From Candidatus Eiseniibacteriota bacterium (GTDB lineage: Bacteria; Eisenbacteria; RBG-16-71-46): 64,000 bases of DNA. The notes below the pieces were generated by a model. The model saw only the letters and a list, made by a program, of their open reading frames with translations, made no database searches and was not told the DNA's origin. Below, one piece after another: positions 1 to 9,497 of the stretch. The position numbers were made by a program, and so were the translations under genes. Position 1 is the stretch's first letter; the number at the start of each line of letters is the position of its first letter. Where the stretch lies: positions 800 to 64,799 of the forward strand of contig JANXPZ010000125.1 in the NCBI GenBank assembly GCA_025357055.1, given 5' to 3'.

Positions 1-252
1 TTCGGCGGTGAGCCGGGCATCCTGATCCGCGGCCGCAACGGTGAGTACCGCGCCCTCTCCGCCGTCTGCACCCACCTGGGCTGCACCGTCCAGCTTCGCC
101 CCGACGGGCAGTCCATCTGGTGTGCGTGCCACAACGGTCTCTACGACCTCGAGGGACGCAACGTCTCGGGGCCGCCGCCACGGCCGCTCGAGTCCTACGT
201 CGTGCACGTCATCGGCGGGGACGTCGTGGTGGAGAAGGCGAAGGGCGCATGA
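1..252 (+). CDS. Rieske [2Fe-2S] subunit of a cytochrome bc/b6f-type complex (5'-truncated at window edge)
   Basis: Frame 1 from nt 1 reads ...[10 protein letters not shown]...[10 protein letters not shown]..., the two Rieske cluster-binding boxes (CxH...CxxH); the ORF is open to the window start; stop TGA at 250-252 overlaps the next ATG (ATGA). Confidence 0.8.
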   Translation, partial: FGGEPGILIRGRNGEYRALSAVCTHLGCTVQLRPDGQSIWCACHNGLYDLEGRNVSGPPPRPLESYVVHVIGGDVVVEKAKGA

Positions 253-1322
253 ACCTGGCCGACTGGCTGCGCGAACGGCTCGGGCTCGAGGCGCTCGATC
301 ACGTGATCGAGAAGAAGCGCGTCCCGGTCCACCGCCACACGTTCTGGTACTACTGGGGCGGGATGACCCTGTTCCTCTTCGGGGTCCAGGTCGCGACCGG
401 CATCCTGCTCGTCCTCTATTACCGGCCGAGCGCCGACGAGGCCTACGAGAGCGTGCGTTTCCTGATGACGCAGGTCTCCTTCGGGTGGCTCATCCGCTCG
501 ATCCACTCCTGGTCCGCGAATCTGCTGGTGGGCGCGGCCATGATCCACATGTTCAGCGCCTTCATGCTCAAGTCGTACCGCCGGCCGCGCGAGGTGACCT
601 GGCTCACCGGCATGGGGCTCTTCGTGCTGTGCCTGGCCTTCGGCTTCAGCGGCTACCTGCTGCCGTGGAACCAGCTGGCGTTCTTCGCCACCAAGGTGGG
701 CACGGACATCATGGGCAGCGTGCCGCTGGTCGGTCCCTTCCTCGCGCGCCTGCTGCGCGGCGGCGACCAGATCACGGGCGGAACGCTCACGCGCTTCTTC
801 GGCTTCCACGTGGCGATCCTGCCGCTGTGCATGACGGCGCTGCTGGGCATCCACCTGTTCCTGGTGCAGTGGCACGGCATGAGCGTGCCGCCCGGTGCGG
901 AACAGCCCGTGGCCGCGCCGAAGCAGGAGATGAAGTTCGTCCCCGACTTCCTGCTGCGCGACCTGGTGGGCTGGCTCGCCGCGCTGGGCGCGCTCGCGCT
1001 GCTCGCCGCGCTCTTCCCCTGGGAGCTGGGGCTCAAGGCCGACCCCTACGCGTTCGCGCCCGCCGGCATCAAGCCCGAGTGGTATTTCGGATACATGTTC
1101 CAGACCCTGCGCATGATCCCTTCGCGGGTGCTCGGGATCGAGGGCGAGCTGCTGGGCATCGTGGGCTTCGGGCTGGGGGCCCTGGTTTGGGCGCTGGTCC
1201 CCTTCCTCGATGCGCCCGACGGCCGCGGCCCGCGGGCGCGCTTCTGGCGCGTGGTCGGCGTGCTGGCGATGCTCTACGTGGTCGTGTTCACCCTGCTGGT
1301 CTATCGCGGAGGACCCTCGTGA
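249..1322 (+). CDS. Cytochrome b (b6 + subunit-IV-like regions in one ~358 aa polypeptide)
   Basis: [12 protein letters not shown]...[11 protein letters not shown]...[11 protein letters not shown]...[16 protein letters not shown]... matches the cytochrome b/b6 family; length fits fused b6+SUIV; ATGA overlap with the Rieske stop. Confidence 0.85.
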   Translation: MNLADWLRERLGLEALDHVIEKKRVPVHRHTFWYYWGGMTLFLFGVQVATGILLVLYYRPSADEAYESVRFLMTQVSFGWLIRSIHSWSANLLVGAAMIHMFSAFMLKSYRRPREVTWLTGMGLFVLCLAFGFSGYLLPWNQLAFFATKVGTDIMGSVPLVGPFLARLLRGGDQITGGTLTRFFGFHVAILPLCMTALLGIHLFLVQWHGMSVPPGAEQPVAAPKQEMKFVPDFLLRDLVGWLAALGALALLAALFPWELGLKADPYAFAPAGIKPEWYFGYMFQTLRMIPSRVLGIEGELLGIVGFGLGALVWALVPFLDAPDGRGPRARFWRVVGVLAMLYVVVFTLLVYRGGPS

Positions 1323-2554
1323 GAGCCCTGCGGCGGTTGCTGTTCCTGGCGGGCGCGTTGCTGCTCGCGGCCGCGCCCGCGCGCGCGGTGGTGGACTCCT
1401 GCGTCGAGTGCCACCGCGGGCTCGACGACCCGCGCCTGAAGGCCCCGACCGCTGGCTTCCCGCATGACATCCACGCCGAGCGCGGCCTCACCTGCGCCGC
1501 CTGCCACGGTGGCGATCCGGCGGATCCGGATCCCTCGGCGATGGATCCGGAGAAGGGCTTCAAGGGCGCGCCCACCCGCGCGCAGATCGCTCCGCTGTGC
1601 GCCTCGTGCCACGCCGACGCGGCCTTCATGAAGCGCTACAACCCGCGGCCCTACGTGTTCTCGATGGCCGAGTGGCAGACCAGCGTGCACGCGAAGCTCG
1701 CGGCACGCGGCGACGCCAAGGTCGCCACCTGCACGAGTTGCCACGGCGTGCACGGCATCCGCCCGCCGAAGGACCCCGCCTCGCCGGTCTTCAAGACCAA
1801 CGTGCCGCGGACCTGCGCGAAGTGCCACAACGCCGGCTACATGAAGGGCCACCCGGTCCGCACCGACCAGTTCGCGCTCTATTCGAAGAGCGTGCACGGC
1901 GTGGCGCTGCTGGAGAAGGGGGACGTCTCCGCGCCGGCCTGCAACGACTGCCACGGCAACCACGGGGCCGCGCCGCCGGGCGTGAAGGACGTGACGATGG
2001 TCTGCGGCACCTGCCACGGCCGCGAGGCCGAGTTGTTCGAGGGCAGCCGGATGAAGGCGGGGCTGGACGCGATGGGCAAGCCCGGCTGCGTGACCTGCCA
2101 CGGCAACCACGGGGTGCAGCACCCGACCGACGCCATGCTCTCCGCGGCGCCGGGCGGCACCTGCGCGGGCTGCCACCGTCCCGGCTCGGTGGCCGAGCAG
2201 GGCACGAGCGCGATCGTGGCGAGCTTCCGCGGGCTGCAGGGCTCGCTCTCGACCGCGGACAGCCTGCTCCAGCTGGCCGAGGTGCGCGGCATGGAGACCG
2301 CCCCGGGCCGCGGGAACCTGAAGGAGGCGCAGGACGCCCTGGTCGGCGTGCGCGCCGGGCTGCACAGCTTCGATCCGAAGCAGATCGGCGCCGTCCTCGC
2401 CGAGGGCGCGGGGCTCTCCCGCAAGGCGACGGGCTACGGGCGCGAGGCGTTGCGCGACTGGCACAACCGCCGCTTGGGGATGGTCCTGTCGCTGGTCGTC
2501 ATCCTGATCCTGATCGGCCTCGTGGTCGCGAAGATCCGCCAGATCGAGAATTGA
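1319..2554 (+). CDS. Membrane-anchored multiheme cytochrome c (9 CXXCH), cytochrome subunit of bc complex 1
   Basis: GTG start overlapping the cyt b stop (GTGA); N-terminal signal/anchor; 9 CXXCH motifs (CVECH, CAACH, CASCH, CTSCH, CAKCH, CNDCH, CGTCH, CVTCH, CAGCH); C-terminal hydrophobic helix [19 protein letters not shown]; paralogous to 8273..9493. Confidence 0.8.
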   Translation: MRALRRLLFLAGALLLAAAPARAVVDSCVECHRGLDDPRLKAPTAGFPHDIHAERGLTCAACHGGDPADPDPSAMDPEKGFKGAPTRAQIAPLCASCHADAAFMKRYNPRPYVFSMAEWQTSVHAKLAARGDAKVATCTSCHGVHGIRPPKDPASPVFKTNVPRTCAKCHNAGYMKGHPVRTDQFALYSKSVHGVALLEKGDVSAPACNDCHGNHGAAPPGVKDVTMVCGTCHGREAELFEGSRMKAGLDAMGKPGCVTCHGNHGVQHPTDAMLSAAPGGTCAGCHRPGSVAEQGTSAIVASFRGLQGSLSTADSLLQLAEVRGMETAPGRGNLKEAQDALVGVRAGLHSFDPKQIGAVLAEGAGLSRKATGYGREALRDWHNRRLGMVLSLVVILILIGLVVAKIRQIEN

Positions 2555-2572
2555 TCCCCGTGCCCCGGCGGG

Positions 2573-2596
2573 GCCGCGCGGTGGGACGCGGCCCGT
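2573..2596 (+). terminator. GC-rich hairpin downstream of the bc operon (possible intrinsic terminator without a U-tract)
   Basis: gggccgcg-cggtggga-cgcggccc inverted repeat 20 nt after the cyt c stop; there is no T-run, which is common at high GC. Confidence 0.25.
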
Positions 2597-2633
2597 CGCG
2601 AACCCTCCGGGCGCTTCCCACCATGCGCGGAGG

Positions 2634-3457
2634 ATGCCCGCCATGAACACCCGCCTCGCCCTGCTCGGCGTGATGATCGCCGCGCTCCCGCTCGCGGTGG
2701 ATCTCCCGGTCTCGCGTGATTCCTCGCGCACCGGTCCGCTGCAGGTGGAGGTCGCCGGCGGTGGCGGCCAGTTCGCCATCGTGAACCGTGGCTGCGATGG
2801 GCGGGTGCTCCAGGTCACGCGCAACCAGCTGCGTTCCGGCGCGCTCGTGGTCGAGCATCGGCTCCCGGAGGGCTTCGTCGTCGTCGTGCGTGCGGGCGCG
2901 TGCAGACGACGCTGCACCCGATCACGCAGGTCTATGTCGGCGCTCCGGGCCAGCCCTACCGCGACTCGACGCGCACCATCTGGTACTCGAATCGCTACGT
3001 GAACCCGTACGTAGGCTACGAGGGACGCCGGGTGGGCGTGGGCGTCGGCGTGATGAAGGCCGATCGTCCGTTCGATGCCGACCATTCGTGGACCGGCATC
3101 GAGGACCCCCTCCAGGGGGTGCAGGCCGCGAATTCCTTCCATGAGGTGCTCCCCACCGGGCACGTGCGCCTGAGTGGCGAGCGGCACCGCCTGACGCTGC
3201 GCTGGATGGAGGACGTGCCGCTGGAGTCGGAGGGCCACTTCAGCGCGGACCTGGGGTTCCGGTCGAGCCGTCAACTCGAAACCGGCGTGTTCGTGGGTCT
3301 CGCCGGGCCCTACGATGGCGTCATGTTCGGGCTGCGCGGGCGCGTCTGGTTCACGCCGGCGGCCGCGTTGCAGATCAAGGCCTCCGTGTCGAGTGGGGAA
3401 GGCGGGGAGTACGGCGTCTACGGCAGCGTCATCGCGAGGTTGCCGGGCGTGCACTGA
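2634..3457 (+). pseudogene. Secreted hypothetical protein, probably frameshifted (two ORFs 2634..3002 and 2900..3457)
   Basis: Frame 0 gives a signal peptide (MNTRLALLGVMIAALPLAV) and protein-like sequence up to ...FVVVVRAGA, then degenerates into an R-rich tail; frame 2 becomes protein-like from about 2900 (QTTLHPITQVYVGAPGQPYRD...); this is consistent with a -1/+2 frameshift near 2895-2900. Confidence 0.4.
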
Positions 3458-3542
3458 AGCGGCGCCCGGCGGGCGCGCGGGCCCGTGCGGAGTCGGCTCC
3501 GGCCCGCGCCCGGAGGGGGTTCGCGCCTGCGGAGAGGTCGCC

Positions 3543-4751
3543 CTACGCCGGGTGGATCGGTGCTTCTTCGGCCCGCTTCGCCGGCAGCAGCCGGACGAGC
3601 ACGAAGAGGATCAGGAAGGGCGCGAGCAGCAGCCCGAGCGCGGTGACCAGACCCTCCAGCCCGGTCATCTCCATCTTGTAGGCCATCAGCCCGCGGAAAC
3701 TCTTCGAGAAGAGCTGCCCGCCGATGACCACGTTCCAGCGCGTGCTGAAGATGCCGAGCTGGATCAGGAGCGCCGCGGTGAAGTAGAGGAGCTTCCTCAG
3801 GTCCGGGTTCACGCGCCGGGTGCGCGCCGCCACCAGCACCGCCAGCGGCACGAGCATGCCGAGCAGGACCTGGAGGATGACCAGGTTCATGAAGAGCTTC
3901 ACCGAGATGAGCTGCGCCAGGATCTTCACCGACTCCTCGCTCTGGTAGAGGCGGTGGATGAAGTCGAGCGCCTCGAGCGAGAAGTCCACGACCACGGCGT
4001 AGAACAGGTACGAGGCCACCTTGTCCAGGCACTTCATGTCCAGCGGTTCGTTCCGCAGGGAGGTGATCACCATGTAGAGGAACAGCACCAGCGCGATGCC
4101 GGAGACGATGGCCGACATCAGGAACACGATGGGCATGAGCACGCTGCTCCACCAGGGATTGGCCTTGATGGAGCCGAAGATGAAGCCCACGTAGCCGTGG
4201 AGCAGGAAGGCCGACGGGATGCCCACGATGGTGATCGTCCGGACCGCCTTCCGGTCGAAGGCGACCGCCTGCTCGCTGATGTCGTTCGAGAACAGGGAGA
4301 GCGCGCGGTAGACCCAGCGGAGCGGGGGCTTGTGCTCGCGGCCCCACACCACCAGGTCGCGCCGGTACTCGAACCAGATCTCGAGCAGCAGGATGCCCAT
4401 CAGGTACCAGGCGTAGACGAACCCGAACATGGCCATCGCCGAGGAGAGGTGCGGCGCCAGGAAGATCTCGAACGAGCGCTCCATGTGCCCGAGGTGCAGG
4501 AGCAGCGGGAAGGGCGCCACGAGCAGGAAGGACAGCGCGGTCAGGAGGGCGAGCCGGTAGGTGGGCTGGACCTCCTTCACGTTGAAGACCTTGACCAGCG
4601 AGGCCAGGATGAACGCGCCGGCCACGAGCCCGGTGAGATACGGGTAGACCACGATCAGGATCGACCAGTGGATCTCGATCTCGTTCGGGTAGATGTACCC
4701 GATGACCTGCCCGAGCAGCTCCGTCAGGTTGGGCGGCACCTGGGCGATCAT
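3543..4751 (-). CDS. NrfD/PsrC-family polytopic membrane quinol-interacting subunit
   Basis: 402 aa with 8-10 predicted TM helices; NrfD/PsrC-like sequence (…HLGHMERSFEIFLAPHLSSAMAMFGFVYAWYLMG…); GGAG RBS before the ATG; ATGA overlap with the upstream FeS gene. Confidence 0.8.
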   Translation of the reverse strand: MIAQVPPNLTELLGQVIGYIYPNEIEIHWSILIVVYPYLTGLVAGAFILASLVKVFNVKEVQPTYRLALLTALSFLLVAPFPLLLHLGHMERSFEIFLAPHLSSAMAMFGFVYAWYLMGILLLEIWFEYRRDLVVWGREHKPPLRWVYRALSLFSNDISEQAVAFDRKAVRTITIVGIPSAFLLHGYVGFIFGSIKANPWWSSVLMPIVFLMSAIVSGIALVLFLYMVITSLRNEPLDMKCLDKVASYLFYAVVVDFSLEALDFIHRLYQSEESVKILAQLISVKLFMNLVILQVLLGMLVPLAVLVAARTRRVNPDLRKLLYFTAALLIQLGIFSTRWNVVIGGQLFSKSFRGLMAYKMEMTGLEGLVTALGLLLAPFLILFVLVRLLPAKRAEEAPIHPA

Positions 4752-5523
4752 CGCACCTCTCCGTCGAGCTGGGCGTAGTAGACCTTGGGCTCGGTGTTGA
4801 GCGCGGGCTTCAGCACGTTGATCTTGTTCATGCGCTGGAAGCGCACGAGGCGGCTCGCCTTGCTCCGGAGGTCACCGAAGACGCGCGCCTGGGTCGGGCA
4901 CACCTCGACGCACGCCGGCAGCAGCCCCTTGACCACGCGGTGGTAGCAGAAGGTGCACTTGTCCGCGGTGTTGGTGCGGTGATTGAAGAAGCGTGCCCCG
5001 TAGGGACAGGCCTGGATGCAGTAGCGGCAGCCGATGCAGCGCGTGCTGTCCACCAGCACCACGCCGTCCGCGGTCGTGAAGGTGGCGCCGACCGGGCAGA
5101 CCTGCACGCAGGGCGCGTGCGCGCAGTGGTTGCAGAGCTTCGGCACGAAGAAGGAGCGCAGCACCTCGCGCTCATCCTGCGCCTTCCGCTCCCCGCGCGG
5201 ATTCACGCTGATGCACTCGACCTCGGTCTCGCCGCTCTGCTTCACGGTGTAGCGCTCGACCCAGGTGCGGAAGAAGAACGGCTCGGGGGGCACGTCGTTC
5301 TCGGCCTTGCACGCCTCCGCGCAGCGGTTGCAGCCGATGCACTTCTCGACTTCGATCCCCATCCCGTACCAGTGGTCGCGGGGCTCGTAGCCGGGAGTGG
5401 GCGAACCGGTCGCCCCGGCGGCGCCCGCGACCGACGCCTCCGCCTGGCGCATCAGGGCCTGGAGCACGGCGGCGGCCGGGATGAAGGCGATGGCCCCCTT
5501 CTTGAGGAACTCGCGCTTGTTCA
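4748..5523 (-). CDS. 4Fe-4S ferredoxin-type iron-sulfur subunit (NrfC/PsrB/HybA family), Tat-like signal
   Basis: MNKREFLKKGAIAFIPAAA... followed by four Cys clusters (CIGCNRCAEAC, CNHCAHAPCVQVCP, CIGCRYCIQACP, CTFC...CVEVCP); the track ORF 4748..6079 is actually two genes; ATGA overlaps on both sides. Confidence 0.85.
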
Positions 5524-6255
5524 TGGCCGTCCTTCCGGCAGGTGGGGGTAGTGACACTGCCAGCAGAGGTAGCCGCCGCCGTGGCTGGCGAGCTCCACCT
5601 TGGGCGCGTCCGGGTTGGCCGTGCCGCCGGCGTGGCACTGCCCGCAGAACTCGCGGGTCTGGGGCTTGCTGGGAAGCGCGCTGCGGGGCGCGATCCGGTG
5701 CTCCTTGCTCGCGGTGTGGCAGGTCGCGCAGGGCAGCAGCGCGTGCGCCGAGAGCGCCACGGTGCGGGCGATCTGCGCGTGGCAGGCCGCGCACTCCTTC
5801 GGGGTCTCCGGCGGCACCGGGTCGTGCGGGTTGTGGCAGGTGATGCAGGGCTTGAGCGGATTGTGGGATTCCGTGTTGATCTGCGGGAAGCCCGTGGGCC
5901 GTGCCGCGTCGTAGGCATGGCAGACCGGGCAGAACTTGCGGTCGCGGGGGGCGAAGGGCTTGACCGACATCGGGTCCTCCGCGTGTCCGGCGGCCGGTCC
6001 GTGGCAGGTCTCGCAGGCGAGCCCCTTGTGGTAGCCCAGGGCTTTCTTTTCCCACTCCTCCGCGTGGCAATCCTGGCACGCGGACGCGCCGGCGAAGTTG
6101 ACGGGCCGGGCGACCTCGCGCCGCACGGTGGCGGACTGGTGCACCGCGGTGGAGAAGTAGGCGCGCGGGATCAGCACGAATCGCACGAGCAGAGCCAGCG
6201 TCGCGACGAGCGCGACCACCACCGCGATGCGCGTGACCTGCTCGGGGAGCTTCAA
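5521..6255 (-). CDS. Membrane-anchored octaheme cytochrome c
   Basis: TTG start 4 nt after a GGAGG RBS; N-terminal TM helix; 8 CXXCH (CQDCH, CETCH, CPVCH, CITCH, CAACH, CATCH, CGQCH, CWQCH); stop overlaps the FeS gene start. Confidence 0.8.
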   Translation of the reverse strand: MKLPEQVTRIAVVVALVATLALLVRFVLIPRAYFSTAVHQSATVRREVARPVNFAGASACQDCHAEEWEKKALGYHKGLACETCHGPAAGHAEDPMSVKPFAPRDRKFCPVCHAYDAARPTGFPQINTESHNPLKPCITCHNPHDPVPPETPKECAACHAQIARTVALSAHALLPCATCHTASKEHRIAPRSALPSKPQTREFCGQCHAGGTANPDAPKVELASHGGGYLCWQCHYPHLPEGRP

Positions 6256-6454
6256 GGATCCTCCCGGTTCTCCAACGCCGCGGCCACGGCCAGACTCAAG
6301 TGGCGCATCCTAGCAGGGAAGCGCCCTGGGCGGGGAGCGAAAACGCCCGGTCCGGGTACTACCATCGGCTACCGGGCGGGGAGGTCGGCGTCCGCGTCCG
6401 GTGCCCGATCGGCCGCGCCCCGGCTCGCCGGCGGCGCTTCATGAATCGTCCGGG

Positions 6455-8272
6455 CTAGTCCTGGTGACACTGCGCGCAGGCGGACTTCGCCGGCCGCAAC
6501 TGCCCGGCGGCGGGGTCGTGACAGGTCTGGCACTCGAGGTCCATGTCGAGGTGGGCCTGGTGCGAGAACTCGCCGCGGAAGCTCTTCACGGTGCGCGTCT
6601 TCACGTCGGCGTGGCACGGCAGGCACGAGCCCCCGGCGGCCGCGGTCTTCCGATGATGGCAGGGCACACAGCCGGCCGGCCCGAAACGCACGACCTCTCC
6701 GCCCGCGCGTTCCTCGTGCGTCCGGTGGCAGGCGTCGCACTCGAGCTTCGCCTTGAGCAGGTGCGGACCATGGTCGAAGGCCCTGCCCTGCCAGGCCCCG
6801 CGCTGCGCCTCGACGCCGGTGTGGCACAGCATGCAGCGCCCCGAACTGGCGCCCGTGCGCCGCCACGGCAGCTCGAGCGGGGCCAGCCCCTTCGCGCGGC
6901 GGGCCTGGTTCATCAGCTCGTGGGAGCGCTCGAGCAGGGCGTAGGCGTACGTCATGTTGTGCACGGCCTTGCCCTGCGAGACCAGCAGGAAGTCGTGCCG
7001 CGCGTCCTGCCACGCCTGCGACGGCTCCAGGCCCATCGCGCCTGCGGTCGCTTCGAGCTGGCGCTGCAGCGCGGCGACACGCTGCGCGGAGGCGCTCTGC
7101 CAGGACCTGAAGATCGCCTGGTACCCGGGCCCGTGGCAGGCCATGCAGGAGACGCCGTCGGCACGCTGGATGACGGGCTCGAGCGGGCCCTTCGCGGCCT
7201 GGGTCGCGACGGCCTCCCCGTTGTGACAGCCCTGGCAGGTGACGCCGACCGCGGCCATCGGTCCGGGCTGGTCGGGCACGCCGCGCCCGCCGGTGCCGGC
7301 ATAGAGGCTCTGCTGAGCGCCGTGGCCCGCGCCGTGGCAGGGCCCGCAACTGCCCGCGTCGACGGCGCCCGCGCCGTGCGCGTCGGCGCGCGCGCCCTTC
7401 GGCGGGGCGCCGTGCGCGATCACGAGGTGGCAGTTCGTGCAGTCCACCTTGCGCTTGGAGACGTGCCAGTCGTGCAGGTAGTCCGGATCGCCGTAGCGCG
7501 CGAGCCGCTCCGGCTGGTTGTGGCAGGTGAGGCAGCGGATCTGCGGCACGTCGCCGGTCCCGCGGATCACGCCCGCGTGGCAGGCGCTGCACGAAGTGCC
7601 GAGGCGCGAGACCTCGCCATGGTCGAACGACACGCCGGCGGCGGTGGTGACGCGCCCGGGGACGGCGTGGCAGAGCCGGCAGCGGGCGGTGCCCTGATCG
7701 GGCGCCTCGCCCTTGAAGTGGCACAACGCGCAGGTCGTGGGGGTCACGGCGATGTGCGAGCCGACCATGACCTGCGAGTGGCACGAGGTGCAGCGCAGCC
7801 GGAAGCCCTTGCGGCTCTCGGTGAGGTGCGGGGTGTGGTCGAAGACCACGCCCTGGAAGTCGACCTTTCCCTCCAGCAGCCGGCGCTCGTGGCAGCGCAG
7901 GCAGTTGGCGTCGTCCACTTCGGCCCAGGGCTTGGTGCCGTAGGTGGCGGTGAAGTACTTCACGACCATCGAGAGCGCCTCGTACTTCTTGCGCAGTTCG
8001 GCGCCGATCCCCGGCGAGATGTGGCACTCCACGCAGGCGATGCGGTTGTGCTTCGACGTCTTCCAGGAGGCGTAGTACGGCTTCATCAGGTGGCAGGTCC
8101 CGCAGAACTGCGGCGTCGAGGTGCCGAGCATCGCGATCAGGGTGAGCACGACGAACAGTCCCAGAGCGAGCCCGGCGGCCAGCGTGAGGCCGCGCAGGCT
8201 GCGCCATCCGCCGCGGCCGCCCGGCCAGCGGCCGCGGGGCGGGGCGGGACCCGGCCCCGGGACGCCGGACAC
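6455..8272 (-). CDS. 18-heme c-type cytochrome, NapC/NirT/NrfH-family N-terminus fused to a large multiheme extension
   Basis: GTG start abutting the stop of 8273..9493 with 0 nt spacer; TM helix then ...STPQFCGTCHLMKPYYASWKTSKHN...CVECH (NapC/NrfH signature); 18 CXXCH in total. Confidence 0.75.
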   Translation of the reverse strand: MSGVPGPGPAPPRGRWPGGRGGWRSLRGLTLAAGLALGLFVVLTLIAMLGTSTPQFCGTCHLMKPYYASWKTSKHNRIACVECHISPGIGAELRKKYEALSMVVKYFTATYGTKPWAEVDDANCLRCHERRLLEGKVDFQGVVFDHTPHLTESRKGFRLRCTSCHSQVMVGSHIAVTPTTCALCHFKGEAPDQGTARCRLCHAVPGRVTTAAGVSFDHGEVSRLGTSCSACHAGVIRGTGDVPQIRCLTCHNQPERLARYGDPDYLHDWHVSKRKVDCTNCHLVIAHGAPPKGARADAHGAGAVDAGSCGPCHGAGHGAQQSLYAGTGGRGVPDQPGPMAAVGVTCQGCHNGEAVATQAAKGPLEPVIQRADGVSCMACHGPGYQAIFRSWQSASAQRVAALQRQLEATAGAMGLEPSQAWQDARHDFLLVSQGKAVHNMTYAYALLERSHELMNQARRAKGLAPLELPWRRTGASSGRCMLCHTGVEAQRGAWQGRAFDHGPHLLKAKLECDACHRTHEERAGGEVVRFGPAGCVPCHHRKTAAAGGSCLPCHADVKTRTVKSFRGEFSHQAHLDMDLECQTCHDPAAGQLRPAKSACAQCHQD

Positions 8273-9493
8273 CTAGCGGTTCCTCGCGGCCTGGTCGCGG
8301 AAGCGCTTGAGCACGAACAGCGTCAGCAGCACGTAGAACCAGAACGCGATGAGCACGTAGCGGTGCTGGCGCAGGTTCGCGAACTTGCCCTCGAGCTCCT
8401 TCTGCACCTCCTCACCCACCGCGCGGGCGCGGGTGGTGAAGCCGGCCACGACCTCCGGTTGCACGGAGTGCGCGGCGGGCAGCGCTTCACGCAGGTAGGT
8501 GTGCGCCTCCTCGATGCGGGCGTGATAGTCCTCGGTCTGGATCGGGATGGCGTCGGCCTTCGCGACCAGGGCCGCGGCCTTGTCCACCTCGGCCGCGGCG
8601 GTGCGGTATTCGGTCCAGAGCCTGCGGCCCAGGTCGAGCCGCCGCGCGTCGCCGGCGTGGCAGACGGCGCACGACGAGGCGAGACGCTCGGGCCGGGCCG
8701 CCTGCACACCGTGGGCCTCGTGGCAGGACGCGCACTCGGGGCGCCTGCCGCCGCGTGCCACGGCGTGGCCGCCCGAGGTGTAGTAGCGCCGTTCGGCGGT
8801 GTGGCACTGGCCGCACACCTTGTCGACGTCGCCGACGTTGGGCGGATTGGCGCCGTGCACGCCGTGGCAGGACACGCAGGTTGGCGCGCGCAGGTTGCCC
8901 TGCTCGAAGAGCGCCCGCGCGTGGACGCTCGACTGGTACTTCTTCAGCACGTCCTGGTGCTCGCGCGCCCCTGGCATGGCCCGGCTGCCGTGGCAGCGCC
9001 CGCAGGTCTGCGGGATGTTGAGCTGGTTGACGCTGCTCGCCGGGTCGTGGGGCGCGAGGATCTCGTGCGCGCCGTGGCAGTCCGAGCAGACGGCGACCTG
9101 GCGGTCGCCCCGGGCGAGGCGCTGGCCGTGACCCGACGTCTGGTAGAGCGCGTACTGGTCCACGGGCAGGTTGTAGGGGCGCATGCGCCCCTCGTCGGAG
9201 TGGCAGGTGGCGCAAAGTGCCGGGATGTCCTGGCGCGCGGGACGGCCCCGGAAGCCGGCGCCGTGCGCGGCCCCCGCGTCGAGGCTGCGGTCGTTGCCGC
9301 CGTGGCACGAGACGCAACGCACGCCTTCGGGTGCGTGACGGCTCTTCTCGAACTGGACGCGCTCGGCCGGGTGGCAGACGCCGCAGCGGCCCGAGGACGC
9401 GGTGATCGCCGCCGGTCCCGCCGGCGGGACGGTCTGGGCGTGGGCGGTCAGGGTCGCGACCGCGAGGAGCAGGAACACGAGCGGGGTCTTCAT
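8273..9493 (-). CDS. Membrane-anchored multiheme cytochrome c (9 CXXCH), cytochrome subunit of bc complex 2
   Basis: GGAGG RBS 7 nt upstream of the ATG; signal peptide MKTPLVFLLLAVATLTAHA; 9 CXXCH; C-terminal TM helix; clear paralogy to 1319..2554 (e.g. CATCHSDEGRMRPYN.../[15 protein letters not shown]...). Confidence 0.85.
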   Translation of the reverse strand: MKTPLVFLLLAVATLTAHAQTVPPAGPAAITASSGRCGVCHPAERVQFEKSRHAPEGVRCVSCHGGNDRSLDAGAAHGAGFRGRPARQDIPALCATCHSDEGRMRPYNLPVDQYALYQTSGHGQRLARGDRQVAVCSDCHGAHEILAPHDPASSVNQLNIPQTCGRCHGSRAMPGAREHQDVLKKYQSSVHARALFEQGNLRAPTCVSCHGVHGANPPNVGDVDKVCGQCHTAERRYYTSGGHAVARGGRRPECASCHEAHGVQAARPERLASSCAVCHAGDARRLDLGRRLWTEYRTAAAEVDKAAALVAKADAIPIQTEDYHARIEEAHTYLREALPAAHSVQPEVVAGFTTRARAVGEEVQKELEGKFANLRQHRYVLIAFWFYVLLTLFVLKRFRDQAARNR

Positions 9494-9497
9494 CGCC

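Noticed and set aside
120-1322. N-terminal extension of the cytochrome b ORF
   Set aside because: The extension overlaps the Rieske gene and reads as R/G-rich nonsense; the ATG at 249 gives a canonical cyt b N-terminus and an ATGA junction
41-2554. 837-aa ORF spanning the Rieske/cyt b region into the cytochrome c gene
   Set aside because: Its first about 425 aa are Arg/Ala/Pro-rich antisense or off-frame translation of the cyt b gene; the real cytochrome starts at GTG 1319
3021-3060. Short GGCGTG-type microrepeat (gggcgtgggcgtcggcgtg)
   Set aside because: Codes for a Gly/Val-rich stretch (RRVGVGVGV) inside the ORF; a simple sequence, not a regulatory repeat
4748-6079. Single 443-aa ORF covering the FeS protein and cytochrome region
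   Set aside because: The upstream half is an off-frame read-through of the octaheme gene; the FeS protein starts at MNKREFL (5523)
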